From Actinomycetota bacterium (GTDB lineage: Bacteria > Actinomycetota > Actinomycetes > Actinomycetales > Microbacteriaceae): a stretch of DNA of 64,000 nucleotides. The stretch is taken from positions 3,664-67,663 of the forward strand of contig JBEGUQ010000001.1 in NCBI GenBank assembly GCA_041178805.1, in the 5' to 3' direction. The notes under the pieces were generated by a model. That model was not told the origin of the DNA. It saw only the letters and a program-made list of their open reading frames with translations, and did not search any database. Positions 31,142 through 41,159 of the stretch are shown here, in pieces (positions within the stretch are counted from its first letter, which is position 1; every line of letters starts with the position of its first letter). The position numbers and the translations under genes are program-made.

Positions 31142-32221
31142 ATGACGCTTTATGCAATTGGCAATAACCCAATGAACTATGCCTGGGGTTCAAGCCCGCT
31201 GCTTTCTGACCTACTTGGCATAGAGGAGCCAGATTATCCAATCGCAGAGCAGTGGTTTGGGACGCATCCAACTGCACCTGCGAAGGTTCTCGATTCAGCC
31301 GGTGGAACTCTCGCAGATCGCCACGGGCAACTTGGTTATCTAGTGAAGTTTCTGGCGGCGGCTAACCCACTTTCGATTCAGGCGCATCCAACGAAAGAGC
31401 TTGCGGAACGACAGTTTCTAAACCACCACCCTTCCTACTCAGACGCCAATCACAAGCCTGAGCTGATTGTTGCTGTTACCGACTTCCGAGCACTTTGCGG
31501 CTTTAGACCAGCTACTGAGTTGCAGCTTGACCTTGATGAACTCTCGAAGGCCAACGCAAGCTTTACGCCACTGGCCGAGGTCTTTGCTCTTGGTGGCTAT
31601 CAGTCAGCAATGCAGTGGGTTTATGAATCTGACCCGGAACTAATCCTCACTTTGGTTGCCCATGCAGCAGTGCTTGGTCGCAAGCGCGATCGCCTAATTG
31701 AGCAGTTGTTCCAGCTCTACGGTCAGGACTTAGGCATCTTGGTTTCGGTATTCATGAACCTAGTCACGCTTTCGCCTGGTGAAGGTTTGTATCTTCCAGC
31801 CGGCAACATCCACGCCTATCTTGAGGGCCTAGGCGTTGAGGTTATGGCCAGCAGTGACAACGTGCTGCGCGGGGGACTAACCTCCAAGACCGTCGATGTT
31901 CGCGAGCTGCTTAGGGTTCTGGACTACACAGAACTTGCCGAGCCAAAGATTGCGGTGAAGAAACTAAGCCAAGGTATTTGGGAGTATCCGACTACGGCGC
32001 AGGACTTCAAGGTCTATCGAGTCGAACCTAGTGCCAGCGTGATGTTGATGGATATGGAACTTCCAAACACCGGCATTGTGGTCTGCACCCAGGGTGAGCT
32101 AACTATCTCAACCAGCAAAGATGAGACGCTGACAATCGGCCGCGGCAAAGCGGCATTTATGGCAGATGCCAGATTGTTCTCGGTTACCGGTAATGGAACC
32201 GGCTTTATCGCACTTGGCTAA
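31142..32221 (+). CDS. manA: Mannose-6-phosphate isomerase class I
   Basis: [41 protein letters not shown]. Confidence 0.95.
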   Translation: MTLYAIGNNPMNYAWGSSPLLSDLLGIEEPDYPIAEQWFGTHPTAPAKVLDSAGGTLADRHGQLGYLVKFLAAANPLSIQAHPTKELAERQFLNHHPSYSDANHKPELIVAVTDFRALCGFRPATELQLDLDELSKANASFTPLAEVFALGGYQSAMQWVYESDPELILTLVAHAAVLGRKRDRLIEQLFQLYGQDLGILVSVFMNLVTLSPGEGLYLPAGNIHAYLEGLGVEVMASSDNVLRGGLTSKTVDVRELLRVLDYTELAEPKIAVKKLSQGIWEYPTTAQDFKVYRVEPSASVMLMDMELPNTGIVVCTQGELTISTSKDETLTIGRGKAAFMADARLFSVTGNGTGFIALG

Positions 32222-32706
32222 CGGAAGTTAGTGAACTGAACGTCAACCTCAAGGTCTGAGCCACGAAGCAGTGCCATGGTGTCCTGCAGGTCATCGCGTG
32301 ACTTAGAGCTAACGCGAAGTTCGTCACCCTGAATCTGAGCCTTCACGCTCTTAGGTCCCTGATCGCGAATGATCTTGGAAATCTTCTTGGCGTTCTCTTG
32401 GTCGATGCCGTTCTTGAGGCTGCACTCGATGCGGAACTCCTTACCCGATGGGTAAGGCTCCCCGGAATCTAAAGACTTCAGCGAGATGCCGCGCTTGATC
32501 AGCTTGGTCTCAAATACATCCAAAACCGCGAGAGCGCGGTCTTGCGAGTTGGCCTTGATCATTACCTTTTCGCCGCTCCAGTCAATGGATGCGTCGGTGC
32601 CCTTGAAGTCGTAGCGCTGCTCGACTTCTTTGGCAGCTTGGTTTAGGGCGTTGTCCGCCTCTTGGTGGTCAACTTTAGAAACTACGTCAAATGAGGAATC
32701 AGCCAT
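32218..32706 (-). CDS. yajQ: YajQ family nucleotide-binding protein
   Basis: [33 protein letters not shown]; leaderless start at 32706. Confidence 0.95.
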   Translation of the reverse strand: MADSSFDVVSKVDHQEADNALNQAAKEVEQRYDFKGTDASIDWSGEKVMIKANSQDRALAVLDVFETKLIKRGISLKSLDSGEPYPSGKEFRIECSLKNGIDQENAKKISKIIRDQGPKSVKAQIQGDELRVSSKSRDDLQDTMALLRGSDLEVDVQFTNFR

Positions 32707-32716
32707 GAGGCAAATT

Positions 32717-33745
32717 CTAGCTAGTGGCTTGTCTCGCCGTTGAAGAACGCACCACCAAATCAATAGGCCAGGTCGTGAGCTGCTCAACATTATTCAAAAG
32801 CTTGTCGTCGCCAGCCTCCAGAATGTCGACCAACATGTCGGCACCTCTAGCCCCCTGGGCGTTGGTTTGCTGGTCGATGGTCGAAAGCCCATAGAACTCG
32901 CCCATTGGGTGGCCATCCATCGCAATAACGCTGATGTCCTGTGGAACACGAAGACCTAGGTCGCGGGCTGCCTGGATTGCACCAAAGCCCATCTCGTCAG
33001 ATGCACAGTAAATGGCAGTCGGGGCATTTCTTGGGTCACCGAGCATTTGCTTTGCTGCCACATAGCCGCCGCTAACTGTGAAGTCAGCCTCAGCCACCCA
33101 CTTCGGGTCAAAGTCCAGGTTTGCATCCAGCAGTGCTTCTTGGTAGCCGGTGCGACGAAGGTAAGGCTGGTGAAAGTCCATCTCGGTGGCAGGAGTTCCG
33201 GAGATCATTCCTACCTTGCGGTGTCCCAGCGATATTAGGTGCTGAGTTGCAAGGCGTCCTGCGCCCTCATCGTCAATAGAGATTGAGCGTGCTCCAGGAA
33301 TCGGCCCACCAATACCAACGATCGGCTTTTGCAACTCACTCAATCTCTTTAGCTCAGATTCAGAAAGCTTCACTGCAACGGTAAGAACACCATCTACGCG
33401 CTTACGCAGCACTAGATCTTCGAAGACTCGCTTACGGGAGGCAGGTCCACCAGAAAGACTGTAAAGCGTTACATCGTAACCGCGGTTTACCAGTGCGTTT
33501 ACCGCTCCATCCAATACCGCGGAGAAAAACCAGCGGTCAATGTATGGCATTACAACGCCAATGTTCTTAGAGCGTCCGGTGGCCAAAGTGTAGGCGGAGG
33601 AGGATGCCACATAGCCCAGTTCCTGCGCGGCTTTTAGCACCTTTTCGCGTGCTCTTGCAGACACGTGACTCTTGCCATTTAGCGCTCTAGAAACGGTGGC
33701 AGTTGAGACACCTGCGCGCTCTGCAACCTCGATAATTCCGACCAT
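32717..33745 (-). CDS. LacI family transcriptional regulator (probable maltose/alpha-glucoside regulator)
   Basis: [20 protein letters not shown] plus sugar-binding domain. Confidence 0.92.
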   Translation of the reverse strand: MVGIIEVAERAGVSTATVSRALNGKSHVSARAREKVLKAAQELGYVASSSAYTLATGRSKNIGVVMPYIDRWFFSAVLDGAVNALVNRGYDVTLYSLSGGPASRKRVFEDLVLRKRVDGVLTVAVKLSESELKRLSELQKPIVGIGGPIPGARSISIDDEGAGRLATQHLISLGHRKVGMISGTPATEMDFHQPYLRRTGYQEALLDANLDFDPKWVAEADFTVSGGYVAAKQMLGDPRNAPTAIYCASDEMGFGAIQAARDLGLRVPQDISVIAMDGHPMGEFYGLSTIDQQTNAQGARGADMLVDILEAGDDKLLNNVEQLTTWPIDLVVRSSTARQATS

Positions 33746-33755
33746 AAGTAAAAAC

Positions 33756-33769
33756 TGTAAAGCTTTACA
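33756..33769. promoter_or_regulatory. Palindromic operator candidate upstream of the lacI-family gene
   Basis: Perfect palindrome TGTAAAGCTTTACA, 10 nt before the start codon. Confidence 0.65.
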
Positions 33770-33837
33770 ATCTTTGCCGCTAGTTAGAGCAGCGAAAATG
33801 AGCTATTCTTTTGCATCGCGTCATAAAAAACGCTTCT

Positions 33838-33919
33838 GGCTAGTTACCCAAGTGGCCAAAGGGAACTGACTGTAAATCAGCTGGCTCAGCCTTCGGGGGT
33901 TCGAATCCCTCACTAGCCA
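33838..33919 (+). tRNA. tRNA-Tyr(GTA)
   Basis: GGCTAGT/ACTAGCC acceptor stem, CTGA-CTGTAAA-TCAG anticodon arm, long variable arm, GTTCGAATC. Confidence 0.96.
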
Positions 33920-33921
33920 CG

Positions 33922-33954
33922 AAAACCCACCCCTCCACGGGTGGGTTTTTGCTT
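33922..33954 (+). terminator. Intrinsic terminator after tRNA-Tyr
   Basis: AAAACCCACCC...GGGTGGGTTTTT. Confidence 0.85.
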
Positions 33955-34036
33955 TAACCTCTAACTTTTAGAATTAAATTTCAAGACATACGGATAACCG
34001 CTGGTTTTAAATAGAAAAACCCTTTAGATTGACGAA

Positions 34037-34474
34037 ATGAAAATTTTCAATCGTCGCTCAGACGTAAATGAGTATCGCGGCAGTCGCCTCTCTTTTCTAT
34101 TCCTGGTCGTGCTAACGGCTGTGGCTACCGGTCGAAGCTTGGCTCACATTTTCCTTCCGGATGGAGGCGCTCAGAGCATTGCCGGGATGGATGTTGAGGT
34201 AGAGGGCGGTAACAACATCATCGCCATGTTCGGGCAGTGGGGTTTCTCCCAACTGTTGCTAGCTGGGCTGATGTGGGTAATCATTTTCAAGCAGCGCCAC
34301 CTGGTGCCACTGGCTCTGCTATTCCAGACCTTGGATTGGGGCGGTCGAATTCTGGTTGGGCTACTAAAGCCAGTTGAGATCGCATCAGCGCCTCCAGGTG
34401 AAATCGGAAGTTATGTCCTTTTCCCACTCTGTGTCATTGCACTTTGGTTCTCGATGCCGAGGGCTAAGCGGTAA
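34037..34474 (+). CDS. Hypothetical membrane protein (~4 TM)
   Basis: 145-aa hydrophobic ORF with RSLAHIFLPDGGAQSIAG; TAGATT box 6 nt before ATG. Confidence 0.75.
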   Translation: MKIFNRRSDVNEYRGSRLSFLFLVVLTAVATGRSLAHIFLPDGGAQSIAGMDVEVEGGNNIIAMFGQWGFSQLLLAGLMWVIIFKQRHLVPLALLFQTLDWGGRILVGLLKPVEIASAPPGEIGSYVLFPLCVIALWFSMPRAKR

Positions 34475-35564
34475 AACTGATAGTTAGTCGGTAGCCATGA
34501 CCCTGAGCCGTTTCGATGGTTTTTACACCTTTGAGAATGCTCAACCAGGAGTCAATCACCGCCGTTCCAACACCGGTTGAAGTCGGACCGGGAATAGCGC
34601 CAGCGCCATCATCGGAAATTTCAAGTTGACTGCGCCCTGATGCGTCAGTGGTCAAAGAAACCTTTACGTGCTTGGCCTGCCCGTGAACCAGCGAGTTGAG
34701 TAGCGACTGCTCGATAATCCTGAAGGCACCCAACAGCACATCATGGGTTAGCGACTCCGAAGCGTCATCCACGCTGATCGAAATCTCCATGGTCTCGCTA
34801 TACGGGGCAGCTAGAACTCGAACTGACTCTCGGAATCCGTTGGCTTCGAAGTGAGGGGCAAGGACCTGCACTAGGTCCCGAAGCTCAGCGGTGCGCGTCT
34901 GCTCCAACTTCGAAATCACCATGTCGATCACATCGTTTATCTCGGGAGTCGACTTGCCGGCGACCCTCTTTAGTTTCATGGCGGCCACCATCAAGTCCGA
35001 CTGGACTCGGTCGTGTAGGAATCTTGAGGTTTGATCACGCAGTTCGATATCGGCCTTTACCAAGCCTTCACGGTCTAGCTCCAATTTGGCAACCAGCCTG
35101 TCAGCCGCCGCGAGGCGATTTCTAATGGATCGCTCTCCGATGTGCATGACCGCCAATATCCCCAAGACCAAAAGCAGCGAAGCTATAAACAGCGAAGGAG
35201 TCAAGGATATTGGTGCGTTGAATTCCAGACCTAATCGTTCACGAAGAACAAGCGTGATTAGCGGGAAAATCAGCAGTAAAAGTGCTTGACCAAACGCCAC
35301 CTCGACCACGTACGTGAACAAGTTTGAAGGCCACGGTCGGTACTTTTGGAAAAAAATGGCGAGTATGGCGAAGAGTAAACCGGGGATACAAGCCAAAGCC
35401 AAAATGATGAGTCCGGCAATCCAGCGCTCAGCCCCCGCAGTCTGCTGGCCAATAGCGGGTACAAACCTAGTGAAATAAGTGGCTGCGAAGAAAATGAAGA
35501 TTAGGCCGGGGTTGTATGGGTACGGCCCTATCCAAGCCAAATAGCCGCTCAATCTTTTGAGCAT
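34464..35564 (-). CDS. Membrane sensor histidine kinase (HisKA_3-like)
   Basis: N-terminal TMs, H-box FLHDRVQS, N-box EQSLLNSLVHG, DDGAG. Confidence 0.88.
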   Translation of the reverse strand: MLKRLSGYLAWIGPYPYNPGLIFIFFAATYFTRFVPAIGQQTAGAERWIAGLIILALACIPGLLFAILAIFFQKYRPWPSNLFTYVVEVAFGQALLLLIFPLITLVLRERLGLEFNAPISLTPSLFIASLLLVLGILAVMHIGERSIRNRLAAADRLVAKLELDREGLVKADIELRDQTSRFLHDRVQSDLMVAAMKLKRVAGKSTPEINDVIDMVISKLEQTRTAELRDLVQVLAPHFEANGFRESVRVLAAPYSETMEISISVDDASESLTHDVLLGAFRIIEQSLLNSLVHGQAKHVKVSLTTDASGRSQLEISDDGAGAIPGPTSTGVGTAVIDSWLSILKGVKTIETAQGHGYRLTISFTA

Positions 35565-36229
35565 CAGGCCAGCCTCATTAGTTCCATGTATTTGAGGACT
35601 GCTGTCGTTTTTAGATCATCGCTTGGTGCGGCATCAGGTAGCAAAACCGCATAGGACCGCGAGAGCTCTTTTCGAACGTAGGAGTAGCTGAGTCCTAATT
35701 GCGATGCTATTTCCTTAGCGCTTTTGCCTTGCGCGCTCAATGACATGATCGAACGCTGCTGGGGGGAGAGTTGAAAGTAAATTGATGACTGAGCTTCGAC
35801 TTTGGTCACTTCGCCCAAAGAAACCGACTCCCAGTTTCCATTTCCGGAGGCGGTGGAGCGAAGGATGTCCACGTAATCGTCTATCGACATTTCCGCGGAC
35901 TTATCAAAGAATGACCAGCCGTGGCGCATCGCCTTGGGTACGCGACTAACCATTTGTGAAACCGAGTATTGAGAATAAACAACGACACCAATGTGCTCGT
36001 TAATGTTGCGAAGTGCAATCCCAAGTTCGATGCCGTTTAGCCCGTTCTGATCCAGGGAAAAGTCAACGAGGGCAACATCTGCACCGCGCACCGTTGTTCT
36101 GTCGAGGGCTTCGTCTGCATTTGCGCAGGAGCTTACGAGCTCGAGTCTCGGGGATTGGGCGAGCATTTCTCCAAGGATTCGCCTAAGTGCAGAGTCATTC
36201 TCGACGTACATGACACGGATTGGTCGCAT
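35564..36229 (-). CDS. NarL/LuxR family response regulator
   Basis: REC domain (YVEND, DVALVD, K) plus LuxR HTH; TGATG overlap with the kinase; alternative start 36244. Confidence 0.9.
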   Translation of the reverse strand: MRPIRVMYVENDSALRRILGEMLAQSPRLELVSSCANADEALDRTTVRGADVALVDFSLDQNGLNGIELGIALRNINEHIGVVVYSQYSVSQMVSRVPKAMRHGWSFFDKSAEMSIDDYVDILRSTASGNGNWESVSLGEVTKVEAQSSIYFQLSPQQRSIMSLSAQGKSAKEIASQLGLSYSYVRKELSRSYAVLLPDAAPSDDLKTTAVLKYMELMRLA

Positions 36230-36421
36230 GGCCAATGTTCCCACGGCTACCCATGTCTGGACTAATGGCTTGTCACAAATGTTCCTTTAAACAGAGTCGC
36301 GGTTCCGTTTTTCCGAGGATTCATCTGGCAATACCTACCCTACAAGCCTGGCCTAATCCCTGTATTTCAAATGCAGCAATGCGGGTTCGGCCACATCTGT
36401 AGAAACCTCTAAGGAGCACCA

Positions 36422-39118
36422 ATGCGAAGCATCTCAGTCGACCAACAAATGAGGGCTACCGTCATGCAAAAACTAGCTGCCATCATGGCTATGTCGGCCC
36501 TCTTGGCATTCAACCTTGGACCGACAGAGGCCAAAGCAGCAGATGTCTTAGTGAACTGCTCGGTGAGCGGCACCTTTACTGTTTCTGAAGTAAGTGGGCA
36601 GTTGGTCGCCAAGACCGCAAGTACATGTTCGGGCACCGCTGTGATTCCAGAGGGTGTGCAAAGGATCGACCTCTTTCAGAACAACCCCAACCTATTGCGC
36701 GTCGACGTCCCGGCCAGCGTCACCACAATCGCAGGCTTTGCATTCGCTAACAGCAGTAATTTGGCAACCTTTACGGTTGCCCCCAACTCCAACCTCACCA
36801 GAATCCCGGAATATGCCTTTTCGAACACCAAAGTGGCAGCACTTGAGGTGCCAGCGAGAGTCACTGCCATTGGTGACGCTGCCTTCGCCGGCACCAGGGC
36901 GCTTACTTCGCTAACTTTTGAAGCTGGATCTCAACTTCAGACCATCGGGGTATCAGCCTTCAGCGGCACCCGCCTAACGTCGGTTAGCTTTCCAGACTCT
37001 TTGGTGTCGTTAGGAAACGAGTCCTTCAAGGACAACACCACTTTGGCTTCTGTGACATTCGGGGCAGGTTCTCAGCTCACCTCAATTGGTAACAATGTCT
37101 TTGCAGGCTTACCCCAATCAACTATCGACCTACCTGCGTCGGTGACCAGCATCGGGAGCGGGATTTTTGGAAGCAACGTGCGCATAACCATTGCGGACAG
37201 CAACCCAAGTTACTCCGCTCAAAACGGTGTGCTGTTCAACAAAACCAGAACGACTTTGATCGCTTATGCCCCTTGGCTCACGGACGCGACTTACGAGATT
37301 CCGAATACCGTGACTGCATTGAGCGGCAGTTCTTTTGCAAACAGCCAGCTTCAAACACTCAACGTTCCGGCTACAATTGCGACCATCGGTGGATATACTT
37401 TTGCAGGCTCGAGCCGACTTACTGAGGTTACCTTCTCCGCAAACTCAACCCTCACCCGAATCCCTAGCGCGGCCTTCCAGTCTTCTGGACTACTGAGAAT
37501 TCAAATCCCAGCGAGCGTGACCCTTATTGAAGGCTATGCACTAAACACTTCGCTTTTGGAGCAGGTCACCTTTGCATCGAATTCGGCCCTGGTAGAGATC
37601 TCAAACAACGTATTTTCCGGCGCAAGACTTCGTTCCATTGAGATACCTGCCAGCGTCCAAAACATTGGAGAAGATGCGTTCTCGGGCAACACTCTGCTAA
37701 CGAGCATGACTTTTGCCCCGGGTTCAAATTTCCGCTACTTGGGAGCGCGTGCAATCAGAAACAGCCCGCTAACCACATTCACGCTTCCTAGCGCACCAGT
37801 GCGGAGCGGTTACAGATTCACAGGCTGGTCCAACACTTCAAATGGCACAGTCATTTCAAACCCAACCACCTCGGCCTTGGCAGGTGGCGCGCTCTTCGCG
37901 AAGTGGCTTCAGCTATCGACAGTGACCTTCAACCCGAGCTCTGGCTCTGCTGTTGCAAACGGAAGTTTTGGTCTTGGTGAGAGTGTTGCTGCTCCGACCC
38001 CACCGACTCGAACTGGCTTCGCATTCGATGGCTGGGCGCTAAGCAGAAGCGGCACGGCAATTGCCTTCCCATACCAGCCAACATCTTCCGCGAACATCAC
38101 GCTTTATGCCCTGTGGGAGGAGATTCCGACGATTGCGGCAGGATCGGTAACTGACTCTCAAGTGGTAAGCATCCCATCGGGACTAACCGCTGCAGAAGTT
38201 CCTGCTTCCGGCAATCTCCCGAAGGTAAGCCTTGCGTTCACCGCAACCAGCAGTTCGGCTGTTGTGACCCTTGTGCCAATCGACAACCCAGCGGCGGCCT
38301 CCGCCACCCCGTTCGTCGTCACTGGAACGACAAAGATTGTCGACATCCAGGTTTCAGGCATTAGCGGACCGGTGACTGTTTGTCTTGACGGTGCAGCTAC
38401 CGACGACATTTTCCACTTCACCGGTGGAGCTTGGGTTGCACTGCCGCAGCGCTCTTACGTGAATGGCCAGGTCTGTGGAGTTACCGAGAGCTTCTCGCCA
38501 TTTTCGGCAGCCGAACGTCGAGCACTAACACCGGTAGCTAGTAGTGGACCTTTTGGCCCAAGACTCACCATGGCTTCTCGAGTTGCAGTCTCCACGAATG
38601 GTCAGACCCTTGCGCTTAAGGGCGTGCAGCTAAGCGATATCTTCAGCGTCAAGCTCGGCGGTAAAGACATCAAGGTCATCAAGCAGACCGATGGCGAACT
38701 TGTAATTGAAGTTCCAGCCGGAGCAGAGGGATTCCCAGACCTTGAGATGAAGCACTCGAGTGGAACACTCACCTACTACCGGATGATTCAGGTCATCAAG
38801 CCTTACGAACTTACTCGCTCAATCAAGATCACCAAGTTCGTTGGCAGTCGCCCAACTCTTGCAGGCCTCTCGGCCCTCTACAAGGCTTACCGAGTAGATA
38901 CCAGCGTCAATGTTTTGACCTGTTTTGTCACCGTGGCATCCGATGCAACAGCACAAGAGATTGCTAAAGCTGAAGCGACTGGCAAGTCAACTTGTCAACG
39001 CGTGATCGGTTATTCGAAATACATCAAGCTCGCCCAAACTCAGGTCAAGAAAGATGGACTAACTGGTTCAAAGCCGGTGCTGGAAATCACCTTTGATCGC
39101 AGTCTCGGCGGCAGGTAG
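36422..39118 (+). CDS. BspA-type leucine-rich-repeat surface protein 1 (two InlB B-repeats, TIG-like and C-terminal domains)
   Basis: Signal peptide; repeats like IPASVTxIGxxAF; PVRSGYRFTGW and PTRTGFAFDGW; AAGGAG SD. Confidence 0.88.
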   Translation: MRSISVDQQMRATVMQKLAAIMAMSALLAFNLGPTEAKAADVLVNCSVSGTFTVSEVSGQLVAKTASTCSGTAVIPEGVQRIDLFQNNPNLLRVDVPASVTTIAGFAFANSSNLATFTVAPNSNLTRIPEYAFSNTKVAALEVPARVTAIGDAAFAGTRALTSLTFEAGSQLQTIGVSAFSGTRLTSVSFPDSLVSLGNESFKDNTTLASVTFGAGSQLTSIGNNVFAGLPQSTIDLPASVTSIGSGIFGSNVRITIADSNPSYSAQNGVLFNKTRTTLIAYAPWLTDATYEIPNTVTALSGSSFANSQLQTLNVPATIATIGGYTFAGSSRLTEVTFSANSTLTRIPSAAFQSSGLLRIQIPASVTLIEGYALNTSLLEQVTFASNSALVEISNNVFSGARLRSIEIPASVQNIGEDAFSGNTLLTSMTFAPGSNFRYLGARAIRNSPLTTFTLPSAPVRSGYRFTGWSNTSNGTVISNPTTSALAGGALFAKWLQLSTVTFNPSSGSAVANGSFGLGESVAAPTPPTRTGFAFDGWALSRSGTAIAFPYQPTSSANITLYALWEEIPTIAAGSVTDSQVVSIPSGLTAAEVPASGNLPKVSLAFTATSSSAVVTLVPIDNPAAASATPFVVTGTTKIVDIQVSGISGPVTVCLDGAATDDIFHFTGGAWVALPQRSYVNGQVCGVTESFSPFSAAERRALTPVASSGPFGPRLTMASRVAVSTNGQTLALKGVQLSDIFSVKLGGKDIKVIKQTDGELVIEVPAGAEGFPDLEMKHSSGTLTYYRMIQVIKPYELTRSIKITKFVGSRPTLAGLSALYKAYRVDTSVNVLTCFVTVASDATAQEIAKAEATGKSTCQRVIGYSKYIKLAQTQVKKDGLTGSKPVLEITFDRSLGGR

Positions 39119-39177
39119 GGCGGAATCTAAGTTCAGTTGCCAGAGGCCAACGAAACTGAATCCTCGAGTCGAGCGTG

Positions 39178-40290
39178 TCAGTTTTGTTTTAGAGAAAGCT
39201 TGGCCGCAAGGCGAACATTGCCGTTGTCTAGATTTCTCAGTGACCAGGTTCCTCCGAATTTAGAAACCCAAGCCGCGATAATTGCCGTTCCCTGAGCTGC
39301 CTGAGTTTCGATCGGCAGGGCTAGGCCATCGTTATCAATTTCTAGGTCTAGCCAGCCGCCAGCTTCCCTCAATTTCACAATGCATCTCTTTGCTTTACCG
39401 TGTTTCAAGGCATTGAGGAAGCTCTGCTCGCAGATGCGATAAACGGCAAGGCCAAATCTCGTCTCTGCTTGCTTCGATAGCCCCTCAACTTGGAACTCAA
39501 CGTTCATGGTCTCAGCGTAGGCAAGTGCCAAATCATCCAGGCAAGCGCCCAGCCCCGCGACACCTAAATCAGGGCTCAGCGCTCGGCTGGCGTTTCTGAC
39601 GTCGAGACTTCTTAGATTCTCAAGATCAAGCAGCATCGGCTTTAAATCTGCGGCGACCTTCGGTGACGCTTTACTGGAAATCTGATGCAATTTAGTGGCA
39701 ACCACCACCAACTTCGACTGCACCGAGTCGTGAAGCAAATCCGCTATCTCGCGGCGAGCTTTCTCATCCGCCTCAATCAGCAAGTCTCTCTGCTGCTCGA
39801 GCTTTTCAAGCAACCCCAAACTCTTGAAAAGCTCAGACGCTACCCACTTGCGGTAGTTGCCCACGAGAACTGACAGAAAACAGGTCACAAGCAGTAAGCG
39901 CACCCAGTTGCTAACTGCAATTGAGAGATTGGGACCAAGGGTGATCTCCACGAGAAAAACCGTGCATGTTGTCGCCAGCACTATCGACAACAAAAAAGAG
40001 GCTGCAAGATCTAACCTGCCCAGAAACTTCAGGCGCAGAAGAGTCATTGCCGAGAGTGAGCCGAATACATACAAACCTGTCACCAGGGCTGTTACTACTT
40101 GGCCAAATGCATAGTCCGGAAAAATACTTCGTGCAGATTCGTTGACAACCTGTGCCTTGTCTGAACCAAGAAAGATAATTACAGCGACAACCCCAGGCAG
40201 TGACATATTGGGTTCCAAGGCAGCTTGCAGAATTGTTTTCCAGCTGCCCGTCATTTTGCCTTTGGGAAACCTGGTCGAGTGGGAACTCAA
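39178..40290 (-). CDS. Membrane sensor histidine kinase 2 (HisKA_3-like)
   Basis: TMs, H-box LLHDSVQS, N-box EQSFLNALKHG, NDG. Confidence 0.87.
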   Translation of the reverse strand: MSSHSTRFPKGKMTGSWKTILQAALEPNMSLPGVVAVIIFLGSDKAQVVNESARSIFPDYAFGQVVTALVTGLYVFGSLSAMTLLRLKFLGRLDLAASFLLSIVLATTCTVFLVEITLGPNLSIAVSNWVRLLLVTCFLSVLVGNYRKWVASELFKSLGLLEKLEQQRDLLIEADEKARREIADLLHDSVQSKLVVVATKLHQISSKASPKVAADLKPMLLDLENLRSLDVRNASRALSPDLGVAGLGACLDDLALAYAETMNVEFQVEGLSKQAETRFGLAVYRICEQSFLNALKHGKAKRCIVKLREAGGWLDLEIDNDGLALPIETQAAQGTAIIAAWVSKFGGTWSLRNLDNGNVRLAAKLSLKQN

Positions 40291-40940
40291 AATGTGCGCA
40301 CCTCTTCCAAGTAGCGGCGAATAGCCAATGTGCGGAGGTTGGTTCCAGGCTGTTTGGTTGGAACAAGAATCGTGTACAAACTCGAAATTTCTTGGCGAAC
40401 TGTGACCGCTGCCAGCCCGAGTGCTTTCGCGATACTGTCGGTGTTTAACCCATCGCTAAGCATTCGCAAAATTTCAAGATCTCTTGGGCTAAGCGATGCC
40501 AAAGGCGACTCGGCTTTGGCGCTCATTAGAAGCGAAGGGTCCGTCGAACTAAAGCCCTCGGCCGTTCTCACCAAGCTGGATACGAGCAGCTCGAAATCTA
40601 TCGGTGCCCTTTTTTCGAGAACGGAAAAACTAAACCGTTGGTCATCGGGCAGTCGTTCCTCGAGACCAGCTTTAGCATGCTGGGAAAAAATCACAATCCC
40701 GCAGTGAGGGTCGATTGATCGAAGTGCTATAGCGAGTTCGAGACCAGAACTGTTGCCACTACCAAGCGCTAGATCAAGAAGCGCAACATCAAAAAGTCCA
40801 CCATTGGCAAATTCCAAACAAGAATCTGAGCTGCTTGTCGCGTGCACCAGTTCCAGACGTTCATCGGTTTGAAGTTGCTGGGAAACCAAGCTCATTAGGG
40901 CAAGGTCATCTTCGACGTACAGAACTCTGATTCTTCTCAT
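40287..40940 (-). CDS. NarL/LuxR family response regulator 2
   Basis: YVEDD, DVALLD, LSPRDLEILRMLSDGL HTH. Confidence 0.9.
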   Translation of the reverse strand: MRRIRVLYVEDDLALMSLVSQQLQTDERLELVHATSSSDSCLEFANGGLFDVALLDLALGSGNSSGLELAIALRSIDPHCGIVIFSQHAKAGLEERLPDDQRFSFSVLEKRAPIDFELLVSSLVRTAEGFSSTDPSLLMSAKAESPLASLSPRDLEILRMLSDGLNTDSIAKALGLAAVTVRQEISSLYTILVPTKQPGTNLRTLAIRRYLEEVRTF

Positions 40941-40961
40941 TTGGCCCTTTTCTTAATAGCC

Positions 40962-41013
40962 CCATACAAATGTATGGCCCTGAGGGTGTGCAAATTCTCA
41001 TACAGATGTATGG
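40962..41013. promoter_or_regulatory. Two 7-2-7 inverted-repeat operator candidates
   Basis: CCATACA-AA-TGTATGG (40962-40977) and TCATACA-GA-TGTATGG (40998-41013) between the regulator and the LRR gene. Confidence 0.65.
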
Positions 41014-41159
41014 ACATTCTGGATGGGTAAATAAATCCAATTATTTTTAGGCCGTCTATTAAAGAACGGCTTCAACAACCGTCCACGCTGAGGGCATAAA
41101 CCCGATTCGGGTTCTGAGTCTGGTGGATGTTGCAGGTCATCAAAAAAGCTGGAGAACAA

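Noticed and set aside
32707-32790. N-terminal extension of YajQ in the ORF track
   Set aside because: Overlaps lacI; a TAGAAT box supports the start at 32706
36271-36292. TGTCAC upstream of LRR1 as a PafBC promoter
   Set aside because: No properly spaced -10 box follows (TTAAAC)
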